Under the pieces are notes generated by a model. The model searched no databases. It saw only the letters and a program-made list of their open reading frames with translations, and was not told where the DNA came from. From Octopus sinensis (lineage: Eukaryota), in NCBI RefSeq assembly GCF_006345805.1, contig NC_043008.1, forward strand, positions 48,422,001 through 48,486,000: a stretch of 64,000 nucleotides of DNA. The letters run 5' to 3'. Shown in pieces: positions 25,722 to 37,715 of this stretch. Every line of letters starts with the position of its first letter. Position 1 is the first letter of the stretch. The position numbers were made by a program, and so were the translations under genes.

Positions 25722-25960
25722 GTGGCCGATGCCAGTACCACCTGACTGGCACCAGTGCTGGTGGCATGTAAAATGCACCATTCGAGTGTGGCAGATGCCA
25801 TTGCCACTTGACTGGTACTCATGCCAGTGGCACATAAAAAGCACCATTTGAGTGTGGCCGATGCCAGTGCACCTGATTAGCACATAAAAAGCACCATTCA
25901 AGCATGACCAATGCCAGTGCCACCTGACTGGCTCCTGTGCTGGTGGCACGTAAAAGCACC
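25722..25960 (+). repeat. Tandem ~66-bp minisatellite (4 units, one shortened) in the RTE 3' UTR
   Basis: Units start at 25722, 25788, 25854 and 25904. Each begins (G/A)TG(G/A)C..ATGCCA; the full-length units carry a TGCCA..N..ACTGG inverted repeat, and each unit ends in an AAA.GCACC motif. Confidence 0.85.
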
Positions 25961-28071
25961 CACAACACTCTTGGAGTGGTTGGCATTAGGAAGGGCATCC
26001 AGCTGTAGAAACCTTGCCAGATCAGATTAGAGCTTGATGCAGCCTCCTGGCTTGCCAGTTCTCAGTCAAACTATCCAACCCATGCCAGCATGGAAAGCAA
26101 ATGTTAAACAACAATCATGATGATGATCTCACCCCAACCTTTGATCATCATATTTTCAATTGTGAACCCATATTCTTTATGATTAGGAGGGATCAGAATT
26201 GTTCTTAATGAATCATAATTAGATTAAAAGAAATCAAAATATTTATTTCACATCCCAGCATTGTTTTTGCAAACATTTGCCAACTGGAGATAATGGAGCC
26301 ACATGGAAACATGAGAGAAAAAGAAAACCAGTAAAATCTGATTCCACTTCAAAGTCAACATTTAGCCATTCCATACAAACAAGCTGTAGACTCACCCTTG
26401 AGATATTGCAGCCACTACAGAACACAACTCTAACATTTAGAATGCTGCACTCCCTCATGATTACCCTTATATCAAACCACATAACATATAGGGCCTCAGT
26501 CATCAGTCAAAGTTGACCACACTTCTGCGCTTGTATGCAGAGGCCTGGACAAGAAGAAAACCAGTGGTTACTTTGGAATGCAGTCTTTCTTCTCTATGCC
26601 AAGGGAAAAGTTACCAACTTGGGTTGATACAATTTGGTAGCAGCAGTGCCAAAAGCATTGCTGTCAAAACCTAAAGAACCAGAACAGTTGGCACAAGACA
26701 TATTTTCTGATTCACTAACATTTCTGCCAATCCATCACCCTAGATTTGTCCTTGATACAACATCACAGATAGAAATACCATAATACACAAACAGATCTTT
26801 AGCTATTAAAAATCATCTACAGCCCTTGATCTATTTATAAATTAGTATGTAAAGTGAATAACAATATTATTTTAATGATAGGAACATTAACAAGTTAATT
26901 AGAAATAATTATGCAGTGAGGAAAAAAAATATTTATCACTGATAATTTATTTCAGTAAATATGGAAGACAACTTTGAGTATAACCTCATCAGCTAAACAA
27001 AGAATTTGTCACATTTGTCATAGTGATGGGAGAATTACCAAGCAAATATACCAAAATGTACAATGGGTGGGATAGATGACAAATTATATCCTACATTTTT
27101 TAAAACAATACCTCAAAATCTTTTCCTCCTATAAAGCTACACTCTTATTTCCACAGTCTACTTGGATGTATACACCTTTTTTCCCTACTTAAGTTCAACA
27201 GTCATCAATTTTAACAAAATACAAAATAACATTAGCATTTTCTATAATCTTATTTTTCTAAATCAACAAATAATTGAGTCACAATGAAAAATAAATGCAG
27301 ATTTTCATGAGATTGATTAAAAGAACAATTACAAAAAAAAAGAAAAAGATATTTTAATGATTTTACAACGAAAATAAATAAATGATCCTAATAGGATTTA
27401 GTTTGCAGCAACAAGTTAAAGAGTTGGCTATGTTTTTTTGGTCAACAAGTACATGTCTCATTTTACATGCTTTCAGTTGAAACACAACAGTAATAACACA
27501 ACATCAATAACTGTCCAGTTAGAAAAATATCGGAAATGATTATGCAACAGGGACAGCAGATACCATAGCAACTGATGTAATTGAAATCAGGATGTAAAGT
27601 GAGAAACATCAATTAGAGATCTGCGGTGTGTTTCTGTCGATGGTTCATGGCAAGAAAAGATAATCCATTCCAGAGATCCACTCGTTGCTTATTCCCAGGC
27701 TGTACACAGCCATGTTCTGTTTGTAAGTTAAAACTGCAATGTTAGACACAGGCCAAAATGCTACAATCATATCACTATACTTAATGACACTGCATTTAGT
27801 GTTAGAAACAAATTAAAAAGAAAAATTAATAAAGAAACTATATCCTGTCTAAATTATTAATAGAAGGAATTGAATCACTAAAACCTGTTATGCATCAAAG
27901 GAAACAGGCCCTTCCTTGATGGGCAAGGTGGATTTTCAAAAAGTCTGTTGATTGGTCGGATGGGGAATTTCAAAAAACAGTCCTCCTGGATTGATACCAG
28001 GTTTATAACAAACTATGTCCCAGCAGCACATTCAGCTTTCCAGGGCAATACACAAAAGAATCTTTCCTATC

Positions 28072-28215
28072 ATCATCATCCTTTTAACCTCCACTTTTTC
28101 ATACTTGCATGGACAAGATGGAATTTGTTCCAGCAGATTTTCTACAGCCTGATGCCCTTCCTGTTACCAACCCCCATCTGTTTCTAAGCAAGATCATATT
28201 TCCCCCCATGGCTTA
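28072..28215 (-). mobile_element. SINE A2 / RTE-like tail fragment
   Basis: CATCATCATCC..CCACTTTTTCATACTTGCATGG..GCAGATTTTCTACAGCCTGATGCCCTTCCTG. Confidence 0.7.
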
Positions 28216-28304
28216 CTTGGATCAGATCAGATCCAACACAAAGAGTTATAACCCATTTCACTCCACATTAGACTCCACATTAGACTCCTCGGAGAACTTG
28301 CATT

Positions 28305-28500
28305 TAGTTACTTGACCTGCTACAAATAGTAGTCAAATCTCTTTTAAATTACATCACATCATCTTAAAATAAACAAGACACATTATACAATGCAGTCCTA
28401 GGTGTCTGGTAGAAAAAAAAGAAAGGATGATCATAGCTAGAATGCCTTTGATCATAGATGTGCTCAATCATGGTTGACCTGGGGCTAAACAACAACAACT
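28305..28500 (+). mobile_element. Family E interspersed repeat with (AAC)n tail (best copy; others near 10452, 13402, 17628, 21560, 40875, 43205, 46840, 54515)
   Basis: Shared AAATAG(C/T)AG(C/T)CAAAT start and GAATGCCTTTGATCATAG..GACCTGGGGCTAAACAACAAC end across copies. Confidence 0.75.
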
Positions 28501-28501
28501 A

Positions 28502-28533
<32 letters not shown>
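28502..28533. repeat. (ACT)n microsatellite
   Basis: Directly visible. Confidence 0.95.
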
Positions 28534-28733
28534 AGCTAACCTGAGTAAGCAGTGTGTGTAGAGATAAGACAATAACTGGAGCATGGAGTTCTGGTGTATA
28601 AATAGAAATGGAATATGACAGCAGAGAAAGAGGGAGGGAAAAAGAGAGACAAGATGGAGATGAATGAATATTACAATATCCCAGTGGGGAGGGGACTTTT
28701 TGAAAAGACAGTTGGTGACTTAGTCATTGATCC

Positions 28734-28766
<33 letters not shown>

Positions 28767-28923
28767 CTCTCACCAAGCAGTCCTATACAACAACATACTG
28801 GGTGAACATCAGAATGTGTGTGTGTGTGTTGGGGGGAGAGAGAGAGATTAGTAAATAAAATAATAATAATATGGAGTGGAAGGGAGAGAAGTGCTACAAC
28901 AAATGGTCCTGAAGACCCAAGTG

Positions 28924-28968
28924 GAAGAAGAAGAAGAAGAAGAAGAAGAAGAAGAAGAAGAAGAAGAA
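28924..28968. repeat. (GAA)15 microsatellite
   Basis: Directly visible perfect trinucleotide run. Confidence 0.97.
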
Positions 28969-29229
28969 ATTCAGTTTCAGGCAGATTTCACTCCAGATAA
29001 GATACTTTAGTAATTGGGGTGTCGGGGGGGGGGGGGGAAGGTAGAATGTATAGTATCTGTGAAAAGAAGAAGAAGAAAAGGGAAGGGCTGGGTGGGTGTT
29101 GTATGTTGATTCATTCAGACCTAATAAAATACTCTATACATGTTCAATACACTGACCTAATTCCTAAGAGATTTATTTCTCATCTTCTTCCACTCTGCCA
29201 CCACTACTACCATCATGCACCTCCCCCCC

Positions 29230-29600
29230 CCTATGTTGAACCCTTGCCAGGCAGCTGTCTGCTTCACCAGCGCAGCACTATAGAACCAGCCACATGTACA
29301 GGACCGCAGGAATTGGTGCAGGTTTGTAATTCAATAAGAAGCCAGGGAGGGAGCAGTAAGGATGAGTCAACTTCTTCTCCCGGGTTATATAGTATGATAA
29401 CTACAGTTATCATCCAGCTGTAGAGAGGCACTTATCTGGAACACCCATTACACATTCTTTTACTATATTTAGAGGGGAGGGAAAAAAAAGGAAAGAAATG
29501 GCTCAACACACACAGACTTCATACTGGATGAAAAAAATAAAACAAGTCAGCAGCTCAGAAGGGATGTTACACATTAAATACCTTGACGTCACAGTCCCTG
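29230..29600 (-). promoter_or_regulatory. Candidate leftward-facing TATA promoter
   Basis: TATATAA on the minus strand (29385-29391), TCA 28 nt downstream inside an AP-1 site (TGAGTCA 29363-69), perfect CRE TGACGTCA at 29584-91. Not assignable to any repeat family seen here. Confidence 0.3.
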
Positions 29601-29838
29601 CTCCATGGGTCTTATCAGGTTTATCTTTCCTCTTCATTGCTAATTAGAGAACAAATATGAATTTATTCTAAATTATTGTTTATTATTATTATTTTTGTCT
29701 TTTCAGGACCTTTGTGATTCTTTACAATCCCTAAACCTAATAAAATTTATTCAAATCTTCTAGAGAATAACAAACCTTCATTGGCAAAACATGCAATATA
29801 GAGAATTAGAGTGAGTGGTGTGTGTGCGTGTGTGTGTG

Positions 29839-29874
<36 letters not shown>

Positions 29875-29877
29875 ATG

Positions 29878-30580
29878 CACATCACTTTATGTCCATTCCA
29901 TTTTCCCAAGCTAACAAGGATTAGGTGAATATATTGTTGAAGCATTGGTTTACAGCTAGATGTCCATCTCTTGCTGACCCTTACAAGATCATTCGCACAT
30001 TTTTGAAGGCCCAAAGCAAGCGGATGATTTGTCGAAAGAACTGATAACATTATCACTTGTAACAAGCAACTTTTGCAGAGTGCACGCACACACACACGTG
30101 CACACACATGCACACACAAATATATACACTTACATACACAATATATACACATACATAGATATATACACACATATATACACACACATACACACATATATAT
30201 ACACACACATACGCACACACATATACATATATACACACACACATACGCACACACATATACATATATACACACACACATATACATATACACATACATACAC
30301 ACACACATACACAGATACACACACACACACATACATGCACACACATACATGCACACATACATACACACATGCACACATCCATGCACACATACATACACAC
30401 GCACATACATACATCACACACACCACACACATAATGGGCTTCTTTCAGTTTCTCTCTACTAAATTCACTCACAAAGTTTTGGTCAGTAGAGTTCTATAGC
30501 AGAAGATGCTTGCCCAAGATGTCACACAGTGGAACTGGACCCGCAATCACCTGGCTGGAAAGCAAAGTTCTGAAGCATGC
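29878..30580 (-). mobile_element. SINE A2 with hugely expanded internal microsatellite
   Basis: Head in reverse complement at 30434-30580 (GCTTCTTTCAGTTTC..TGCTTGCCCAAG); RTE-like tail in reverse complement at 29878-30070 (TTTACAGCTAGATGTCC). Confidence 0.7.
30075..30432. repeat. ~360-bp compound (CA)n/(TA)n/(CATA)n microsatellite
   Basis: Directly visible; it generates the H/T-rich and C/V-rich artefact ORFs in the track. Confidence 0.97.
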
Positions 30581-31241
30581 ATCAATTAGTATACAATTAC
30601 CTGGAGAAAGGGACTACAAAAAGAGGGTAGCATAAAACACTTAAATAAAACCTGGAGCTAGCTACAGTTGGATTACTCAGTGTCAGGGTATGAATTCCAT
30701 TGTAGCAAGCCTCACGATGGTTCTGCCCAAAGAGCTTGATTCAGGGTGACCAACTGGAATATGTCATTACTGCCACTTCATTATCTGAAGTGGTTAGCAA
30801 TATAAAAAGTGTTTCAAACTGAAACAATTTGCTGGTAAAATAACTGACAAGATGGTGGGAAAATGGATATAATCATTTTTTTAACGATAAGAAAAACAAA
30901 ATTCAATTTGACTTTCTTGTAACTTCATTCTTCCAAATTTAAAATAATGATTTAATAAAATCAACAAACTTAAAAAAACATTGAATTTGTCAAAGATGGC
31001 AGAAGTTCTCCCAATCATTTGCCGTATAAAAATGTAAAAAGAATTACCACCAGAACCAACGACAACTACAGTTTAAATAGAAACAAATCAATCACAATAA
31101 ATGGATTCCTAACCAAATCTCTAAAATCAAATGCTCATCCAGTCACCAGTAACTTAAAAATATTTCAATTATTCTTTTAACATACAACATTATAATTCTA
31201 TTAAAGTTTTTTGTAATGGTCCTTTCTTTCTCCCCCCCCCC

Positions 31242-31559
31242 CGCCACTGGTACTCCTTCAGTTACGATGACAAGGGTTCTGTTTATCCAATCAACAGAAC
31301 AGCTTGCTTGTGAAATTAACATGCAAGTGGCTGAGCACACAACAGACACACACGGTACCCTTAACAGAAGTTCTCAGGGAGATTCAGCATGTCATGGAAT
31401 GTAACATGGATGGCCTTTAACTACTCATTTTTGCCAGCTGAAGGGACTGAAGCAACACGAAATAGACTGCCTTGTTCAAGCACACAACATGCCACCAAGA
31501 ATTAAGCCCATGACCTCACAACTGGGAGTCAAACACTCTAACCATTAAAACACCTTCAC
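31242..31559 (-). mobile_element. SINE family D
   Basis: TCAACAGAACAGC..GAAATTAACATGCAAGTGGCTGAGC..GTTCTCAGGGAGA..CTTGTTCAAG..CTCTAACCA. Confidence 0.8.
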
Positions 31560-31560
31560 T

Positions 31561-31605
<45 letters not shown>

Positions 31606-32471
31606 TTCCAATTTTACTCAGAGTACAGTATCACATTCAGTACAGTGAAATGAAATCCATGCACTTAGCAGGCAATGACTCCCTCTGAGGGCTCAAAATC
31701 TAAAGACGAACAAGGGAAATAATTCCATTAAGATTAATAGAAATTTTTGGAAAATATAACGAAGGCAATATAGGAATGGATCTGTTTGGCGATTCAATAA
31801 CTATATAGTTTCATCAACATGTTTTCACAACAGACTACACTTACTAATATTGACCATTCAGCCATGAAGTAAGGCAATCACTTATCTTCCCACTTCTCAC
31901 TTCAATAATACAATATATTTCAAATACTACCATAAGCATGGCAGTAATCTTATTTCTCTCTCATATGGAACAACAGATTTGAGCAAAGTTAGCCTTTTAA
32001 CAGTCTGTCTAGTTAACCTTTTAACTATCCAACTAATTATCATTTTAACAACCCAACTAATTAGCTTGGAGGAGCTGAATGGATGCATGTGTGTGTGTGT
32101 TTGTGCCGTTATGTTTATTATACATGCATACCATTATGCTTGTACAGATACTGACATCAAATTTATGTACAACCAAACAGTGTGCCTACATGTTTGTGCC
32201 TGTGTATCTTCAAATTGGTATAGATATAATGGCATCAAATTGTCTTGACCAAACTGACTACCTCCCACACACATTTACACATGCATAGGAGTGTGTGTAT
32301 AATCCATTTCAATACAATGGTAAATGACTAAATAAATGAATGGTGAATAGGAAGGGAGGGTTTCTTCTCTCGTCCTCTCTCTACCTATCTAGCTGGTTGC
32401 TATAGCAACACCTATCCATGCATGTCCATCCCACACATGCTCTCACACATGCACATCAGCAACATTCCTCA

Positions 32472-32627
32472 ATTTTTCGGGGTTATGACCCCATTTTCAA
32501 GAAAGGTTCCAGATTCGTCTGGATGTTCAAACTCGAATTTGATATTCATGTTGTTTTTGACGGTCCAGTGTATGTTAATAGCCTCATCCTTGGAGGACCT
32601 GATGATAAGGATGTCATCAACGTATAC
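32472..32627 (-). pseudogene. Penelope-like retroelement RT fragment
   Basis: Minus-strand translation YVDDILIIRSSKDEAINIHWTVKNNMNIKFEFEHPDESG (YVDD at 32613-32624). The YVDD...IKF..E..G pattern is typical of Penelope RT. Both flanks are microsatellite. Confidence 0.7.
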
Positions 32628-32646
32628 ATATATACACATATACATT

Positions 32647-32682
<36 letters not shown>

Positions 32683-32689
32683 CGAACTT

Positions 32690-33038
32690 TCGATGACTGG
32701 CATCTGTGCTAGTGGAGTGCTAAGAGCACCATCCGAGCATGATCGTTACCGGCGTCGCCTTACTGGTACTTATGCTGGTGGCCCATGAAAAAACATTTGA
32801 GCAAGGTCCTTGCCAGTGCCACTGACTGGCTCCTATGCAGGTAACACATAAAAAACAGCAATTGAGCGTGGTCGTTGCCAGTACCGCCTGACTGGCCCTC
32901 ATGCCAGTAGCACGTAAAAGCACCCACTACAATCTCAGAGTGGTTGGCATTAGGAAGGGCATCCAGCTGTAGAAACTCTACAGGATCAGATTGGAGCCTA
33001 TGCTAGCATGAAAAGCGGACGTTAACCGATGATGATGA
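32690..33038 (+). mobile_element. RTE-type 3' UTR (family C) with ~3 minisatellite units
   Basis: Same ~66-bp units followed by GTGGTTGGCATTAGGAAGGGCATCCAGCTGTAGAAAC and GGACGTTAACCGATGATGATGA. Confidence 0.85.
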
Positions 33039-33057
33039 TATATACACATATACATAC

Positions 33058-33115
<58 letters not shown>

Positions 33116-34204
33116 CACACACACACACATTATACACACACACACACACACATTATATATATAAACAAGTCAGTGGAAACAATTTACATTACTTTCAGAA
33201 TCCAATAAATACTGAAGTGAAAAGGTCCTTTCTGGTCACAACCAGTTCAGAGCCTTGTGTAAACAAAACCTCCATAGAATAAACATGTCCATACTTAGTT
33301 TATATTATGAGAAGCTTCAATATAGCTAAACCCTATAAATAAAACATTAATAATCATAGTTGGTAATATTCAATAGAAACTGGAACACAGGATGTTACAC
33401 TTCATATTAACAACAAAAAAAATCTATTTTCATAAAAGAAAACCAAGCAAAATAAAAAGAAAAGATTTTACTACAAAAATTCGTATCATCCCTTCATTTA
33501 TCTATGCTAACCTATCAGTGTTTGGATCTTGCCTTTTGATTGAAAATGAAAATTTTGGTTGTCTATACACATGTATAAACTTTAAAAAAAAAGGGGGGGT
33601 TGGAGCCATGATAAATTATACCCACTATATTCTGAAAGTGGTTAGGAAACAAGCAGAGAAAATTTGGAATTAAAAGGAGAGCAGACCTTTTAGTCATATG
33701 CAGGAGGACATGACAACCTCTCTCTAATGCTAGTAATGTGACAAAACTACAACAATAGATTACCGAGACATCTAAATTTAATTCAAGTGGATCTAGAGCT
33801 TACTTTTTTCTGTTTTAGCATAACACAAAACAGTTGCTAACTCAGAGGAGCAGAAGTGACTTATAACTGAACAAAGTGAAGAACTAGTTCCAATTTGGAC
33901 CAAAATTTCAAGTTGCAATCTACCAATTCTTAAGTCATTGAACTAACATCAATATTACCTTTCACTCTGTCATTACACTATTTAATGGGATAAGACCAAG
34001 TTAATTACATAGGTTTTGAGCAAAGGAAATAAATTGGAAACTGAACAATCATAAAGAAGAATTAAGTCCCATGAAAAAAGTTCAGTGACTGAACTCCTTT
34101 TCCCTCCAGGTAAACCAATGTCTGCACATAAAAGAAAATCACAGATTATCCACAGCTTTTGTTGTTGTTGTTGTTTATTAAGCATCAGCTAATTAAGCAC
34201 TTAA

Positions 34205-34386
34205 TTGTTTTCAAATTTTGGTCTATTGCATCGATCTCAGTGCTCAACTGGTATTTATTTTATTGACCCCCAAAAGGATGAAAGGCAAATCTGACCATGG
34301 CAGAATTTGAACTCAGAACATAAAGACAGACAAAATGCCACTAAGCATTTTGCCCAGTGTGCTAATGATTCTGCCAGCTCACCACT
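34205..34386 (-). mobile_element. SINE B
   Basis: GGATGAAAGGCAAA..GAATTTGAACTCAGAAC..GCTAATGATTCTGCCAGCTC. Confidence 0.85.
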
Positions 34387-35080
34387 TCAAGCACTTAATT
34401 ATTATTAGTATCTTACATCATTTAGACAAACACTAACGATATCCACACCATTTTCATAATTTGTAGAACGTCCTTCAGTTATATCCAAATGTCTTTAGTA
34501 ACTTTTGGTCCAACTAAATTCCATTTTGTCTCTACTCTAAGCCTCCATATATTGAAACACAGTCAAGTGTCACACTTCACAATTGTTTTGTCAGATCCAA
34601 ACTGATCAAGTTAAGTTATGGGTCTGGGAGAAAAGGCCTCACCTATGGTCAACACAGGTGTTCTGAGACTGAGGAGATAGATAAGGTTAACATTCCTCAG
34701 GAATAAACAGCTGTAAGACAAACATTCCCAAGGAGAGAATTTCAAAGGGCCAGTGTTCTAAGGAGGAAGAATGGATATAGTGGAATCAGGGAGGAAGACA
34801 AACACAAGATGGGTGAGTCAGGAATCATTATGAATAAACTACCAACAGGATGACCCTAAAACCTATCATGAGAATTCCATTGATTGATCATTTAGACAAG
34901 TTACTCATTTCAGTGTATCTGTTTAACGACAGATTACTCTCACTTCACAGTTGTAAGACATGTTCTCCAAAAATTTAAGACAATGTTTGAATTCACAGAG
35001 ATATCGTTTTATATTGAAGAAAATACATTGCAGAAATCCTTCAAAATAATTGCTGAAGAGAGAGAGAAAAAGAGAGAGCG

Positions 35081-35122
<42 letters not shown>

Positions 35123-35585
35123 AGATGCAATGTTGAAGAGAATACTGTCAAATAATTTCATGCTTAAAGGAACAAGTGTATATGGTGTGTTGTAATGTCA
35201 AAGAGAAACATGAGTGATCATGTTCAGTTGTCAGGATGTCAAAGGAAATTCAGGGAGCTAAAACAGTTTTAGCATAATATTTTAGTGTCATCTTCACTGG
35301 AATCAGATAACATCTGAGGTGAATGTCAACATAGCAACCAGTGAAATGCCACTTTAAGTAAACAGTAATGATATTGCGTAAAAATTTAAACACAATTACC
35401 ACATTACAAAACAAAGATTTCTAAAACGAAACTAAGAAAATACAAAAACATCAAGAGAGAATATGTACAGCAGTTGCTGTACATAGAGAATAACAACTAA
35501 AAGATCCTTGAATAAATTCATTTGATCTCAAATCATTTAGATTAAAGGCTGTAGCAATATTTCTAGTTTTAATTATGCTGCCATA

Positions 35586-37176
35586 CACTGCATCCCACTT
35601 TGTTAGGCAAATCAACCTTCTCTCGATAAATAAATGTATATTCATTCAAAACCAGTTGGTTCTCCACTGACTGTTGGCAACACCAGTCTGTGCACATTCT
35701 GCTATCATAAATCAGATCTGCACTGACAAAAGCAAATGGCAGCCATTATCATGCATCAGCAACATTTCTGCTGTCCCATATTATTAGGCAGTCGCCCAGT
35801 TTGAGTGTCTTTACAGGTCAGAAACGTGATCGTACTTCAAATGAGAAGTCTACCATCATGTCAGAGCTTGGAAAAGGGAAAAACGACCATAGAAATATCA
35901 AAACTACTGGGTGGAGAGCAGCACACAGTGAAGAAATTTGTGCCGTCTTCTATTTCTGTCTGGTCGAGGGCAGATAAGGGTAAGTAGAGGGTTGCTTTGA
36001 ATCGTACTTTGTCATGTGTGAAAAAGGAAGTTGTGCGGAACTCGTGTCTGATGAGTAGAGAAGTCTTCCAACATTGTGACAGGGAAGACATACGGAAAAC
36101 AGGTGTCGCTCTTGAAGCGGGTAGCCAGGAATGTTAAACCTGTTACAAAGCCCCCTCTAAAAGCTGCTCATAAGCAGAAGAGACTGAAATGGGCAGAAGA
36201 ATACATGAAGATGGATTATTCAAAAGTTCTGTTCACTGACAAATGCCGTGCTACCTTTAACGAACCAGATGGCTGGAGTAAAGATTGGGTATCAATCAGC
36301 GGGGACCATCCTCATCGTTTGAGACATCAACAGGGGGAAGGTGGGGGTCATGTTTTCAGCTGACATCATTGATGATATGATGGTTGGGCCATGGAAAGTC
36401 TCAGATGGCATTAAGATGACACTGAAAACATGTTACATTCTTAAAGGACAATTTCAAACTGTAGTTCAAAAAGCAAAACCTTTTATTCAAGAGAAAGCTG
36501 GTCTTCATGCAAGATAATGCCCATCTCATGCAACAAAGAGTTCTAAAGAATACCTGCAGTAAATAGGCTTCTCCGTAGGTCGTTTGATGGAGTGGCCACC
36601 TTGTTCCCCTAATGTAAACTCAATCAAGAACCAGTGGAGTGTCCTGAAGAGGCACATTTAACAAGACGGACAGCAGGTTTCAAGTAAAGTTGCCCTCTGG
36701 GATGCTATTGTAGATATTGTTCAAAGCATGACACAAGAGGATATCATCACCTTGATAAATTCAATGGAATCAGGGAAAAAGGAAGGTTATTGCATGTGGA
36801 GCACCATACATCAAACATTAGGAATTGTATGGCATCACAATTCCATCACTATTTTCATTCAAACGTATTATTACGTTTACCAGTAAGTTCTTTATGAATA
36901 ATTTTTTTGTTAAATCTTTTACTGTTGAATTAAATGTTTGTTCTGATACAATTATCATTTTTATTATACACACCTAATAATTTGTGATGGTGAAAATGTT
37001 GCCCAATCACAAAAATGGCCACCATTTGTTGACGTCTGTGCAGATCTGATTTATTTTAACATGATTTTGTGCAAATAGGTGTTGCCAACAGTCAGTGGGA
37101 AAACAACTGGTTTTGAACGAATAAACATTTATTTATTGAGAGAAAGTTGATTTACCTAATAATGTGGGATGCAGTG
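35586..37176 (+). mobile_element. Full-length (1591 bp) Tc1-like transposon, DD37E (TRT-type), with ~200-bp IR/DR terminal repeats, inactive
   Basis: Left end TA|CACTGCATCCCAC and right end GTGGGATGCAGTG|TC. Inverted similarity extends ~200 bp. Four ~17-bp direct repeats TCCCA.ATTATTAGG(C/T)A at 35593, 35774, 36971 (rc) and 37153 (rc). Confidence 0.93.
35813..36800 (+). pseudogene. Tc1/TRT-like DD37E transposase pseudogene
   Basis: GQKRD..SNEKSTIMSELGKG, KRLKWAEEYMKMDYSKVLFTDK, PDGWSKDW, RHQQGEGG, FMQDNA(P)SHA and WPPCSPNVNSIKNQW. D codon 36513-15 to the E-position codon 36626-28 (now AAG) spans 110 nt, i.e. 37 codons minus a 1-nt deletion. Confidence 0.9.
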
Positions 37177-37544
37177 TCTATCCAACACGTGGTAAGCAAG
37201 CTGGAGTGTTTAGAAGAATTGTAGTAAACCATTCACAGAAAAAAAGGAAAAAGCCCTACTGTAGCCAAAGTTTTTTTGGCACATTATTGTAAAAGTACAA
37301 CTGTCTTTCATTAATATTCATCTGTGATTGCGCCGCTACCACCACCACCTTGTGTCAAGTTCTAAGATAAGGGAATTATTTAACACTATGTTGAGGCATT
37401 TAACACTATGTTCACACATTTCTTCAGCAAATTTAGAATCTTAAAAGAAAACTCAAACAGAACCATATTGCAGAGAAGGCAAAATACTCTGTGCAAGAAT
37501 TTAATGGAGTTTTTTCTTTTTCTTTAAGGAAAGGAAGTAATGGT

Positions 37545-37715
37545 GAATTTTCAGATTGGCACAAGGCCATTAATTAGAGAAAGAGAGTCTAAAAGCAATC
37601 AAACTGACCTAAATACATTGTCTGTTACTTAGTTTAGTGACCTTGGGAAAATGAAAGCCCAGGATAACCTGAGCAGGTTTTGAGCTCAGAAAGTTGGCAG
37701 AAAGAAGCAGATGCT
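37545..37715 (-). mobile_element. SINE B, strongly diverged
   Basis: GCACAAGGCC..AAAATGAAAGC..TTTGAGCTCAGAA. Confidence 0.45.

Larger units (their letters stand above)
22909..26127 (+). mobile_element. 5'-truncated RTE-clade LINE (RT domain, C-terminus, 3' UTR, (GAT)n tail), split by the mariner
   Basis: LLDQVMK..RVIAQL (22911-22948) continues after the mariner as IRERVSLDE..FGFVPGRSTTDAIFLVRQLQEK, then GIHQGSVLSPLL, YADNL and GRGRPRKIWDEVV. 3' end TTGGCATTAGGAAGGGCATCCAGCTGTAGAAAC...CATGATGATGAT. Multiple stop codons. Confidence 0.93.

Noticed and set aside
25722-25960. CRISPR-like appearance (regular palindromic repeats), also at 32740-32930 and 63590-63840
   Set aside because: The whole unit is repeated with no unique spacers, it sits in a retroelement 3' UTR, and no cas genes are present.
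29778-30499. Five long overlapping ORFs (100-210 aa) rich in H/T or C/V/Y/M
   Set aside because: They are translations of the (CA)/(TA) compound microsatellite, which lacks stop codons.
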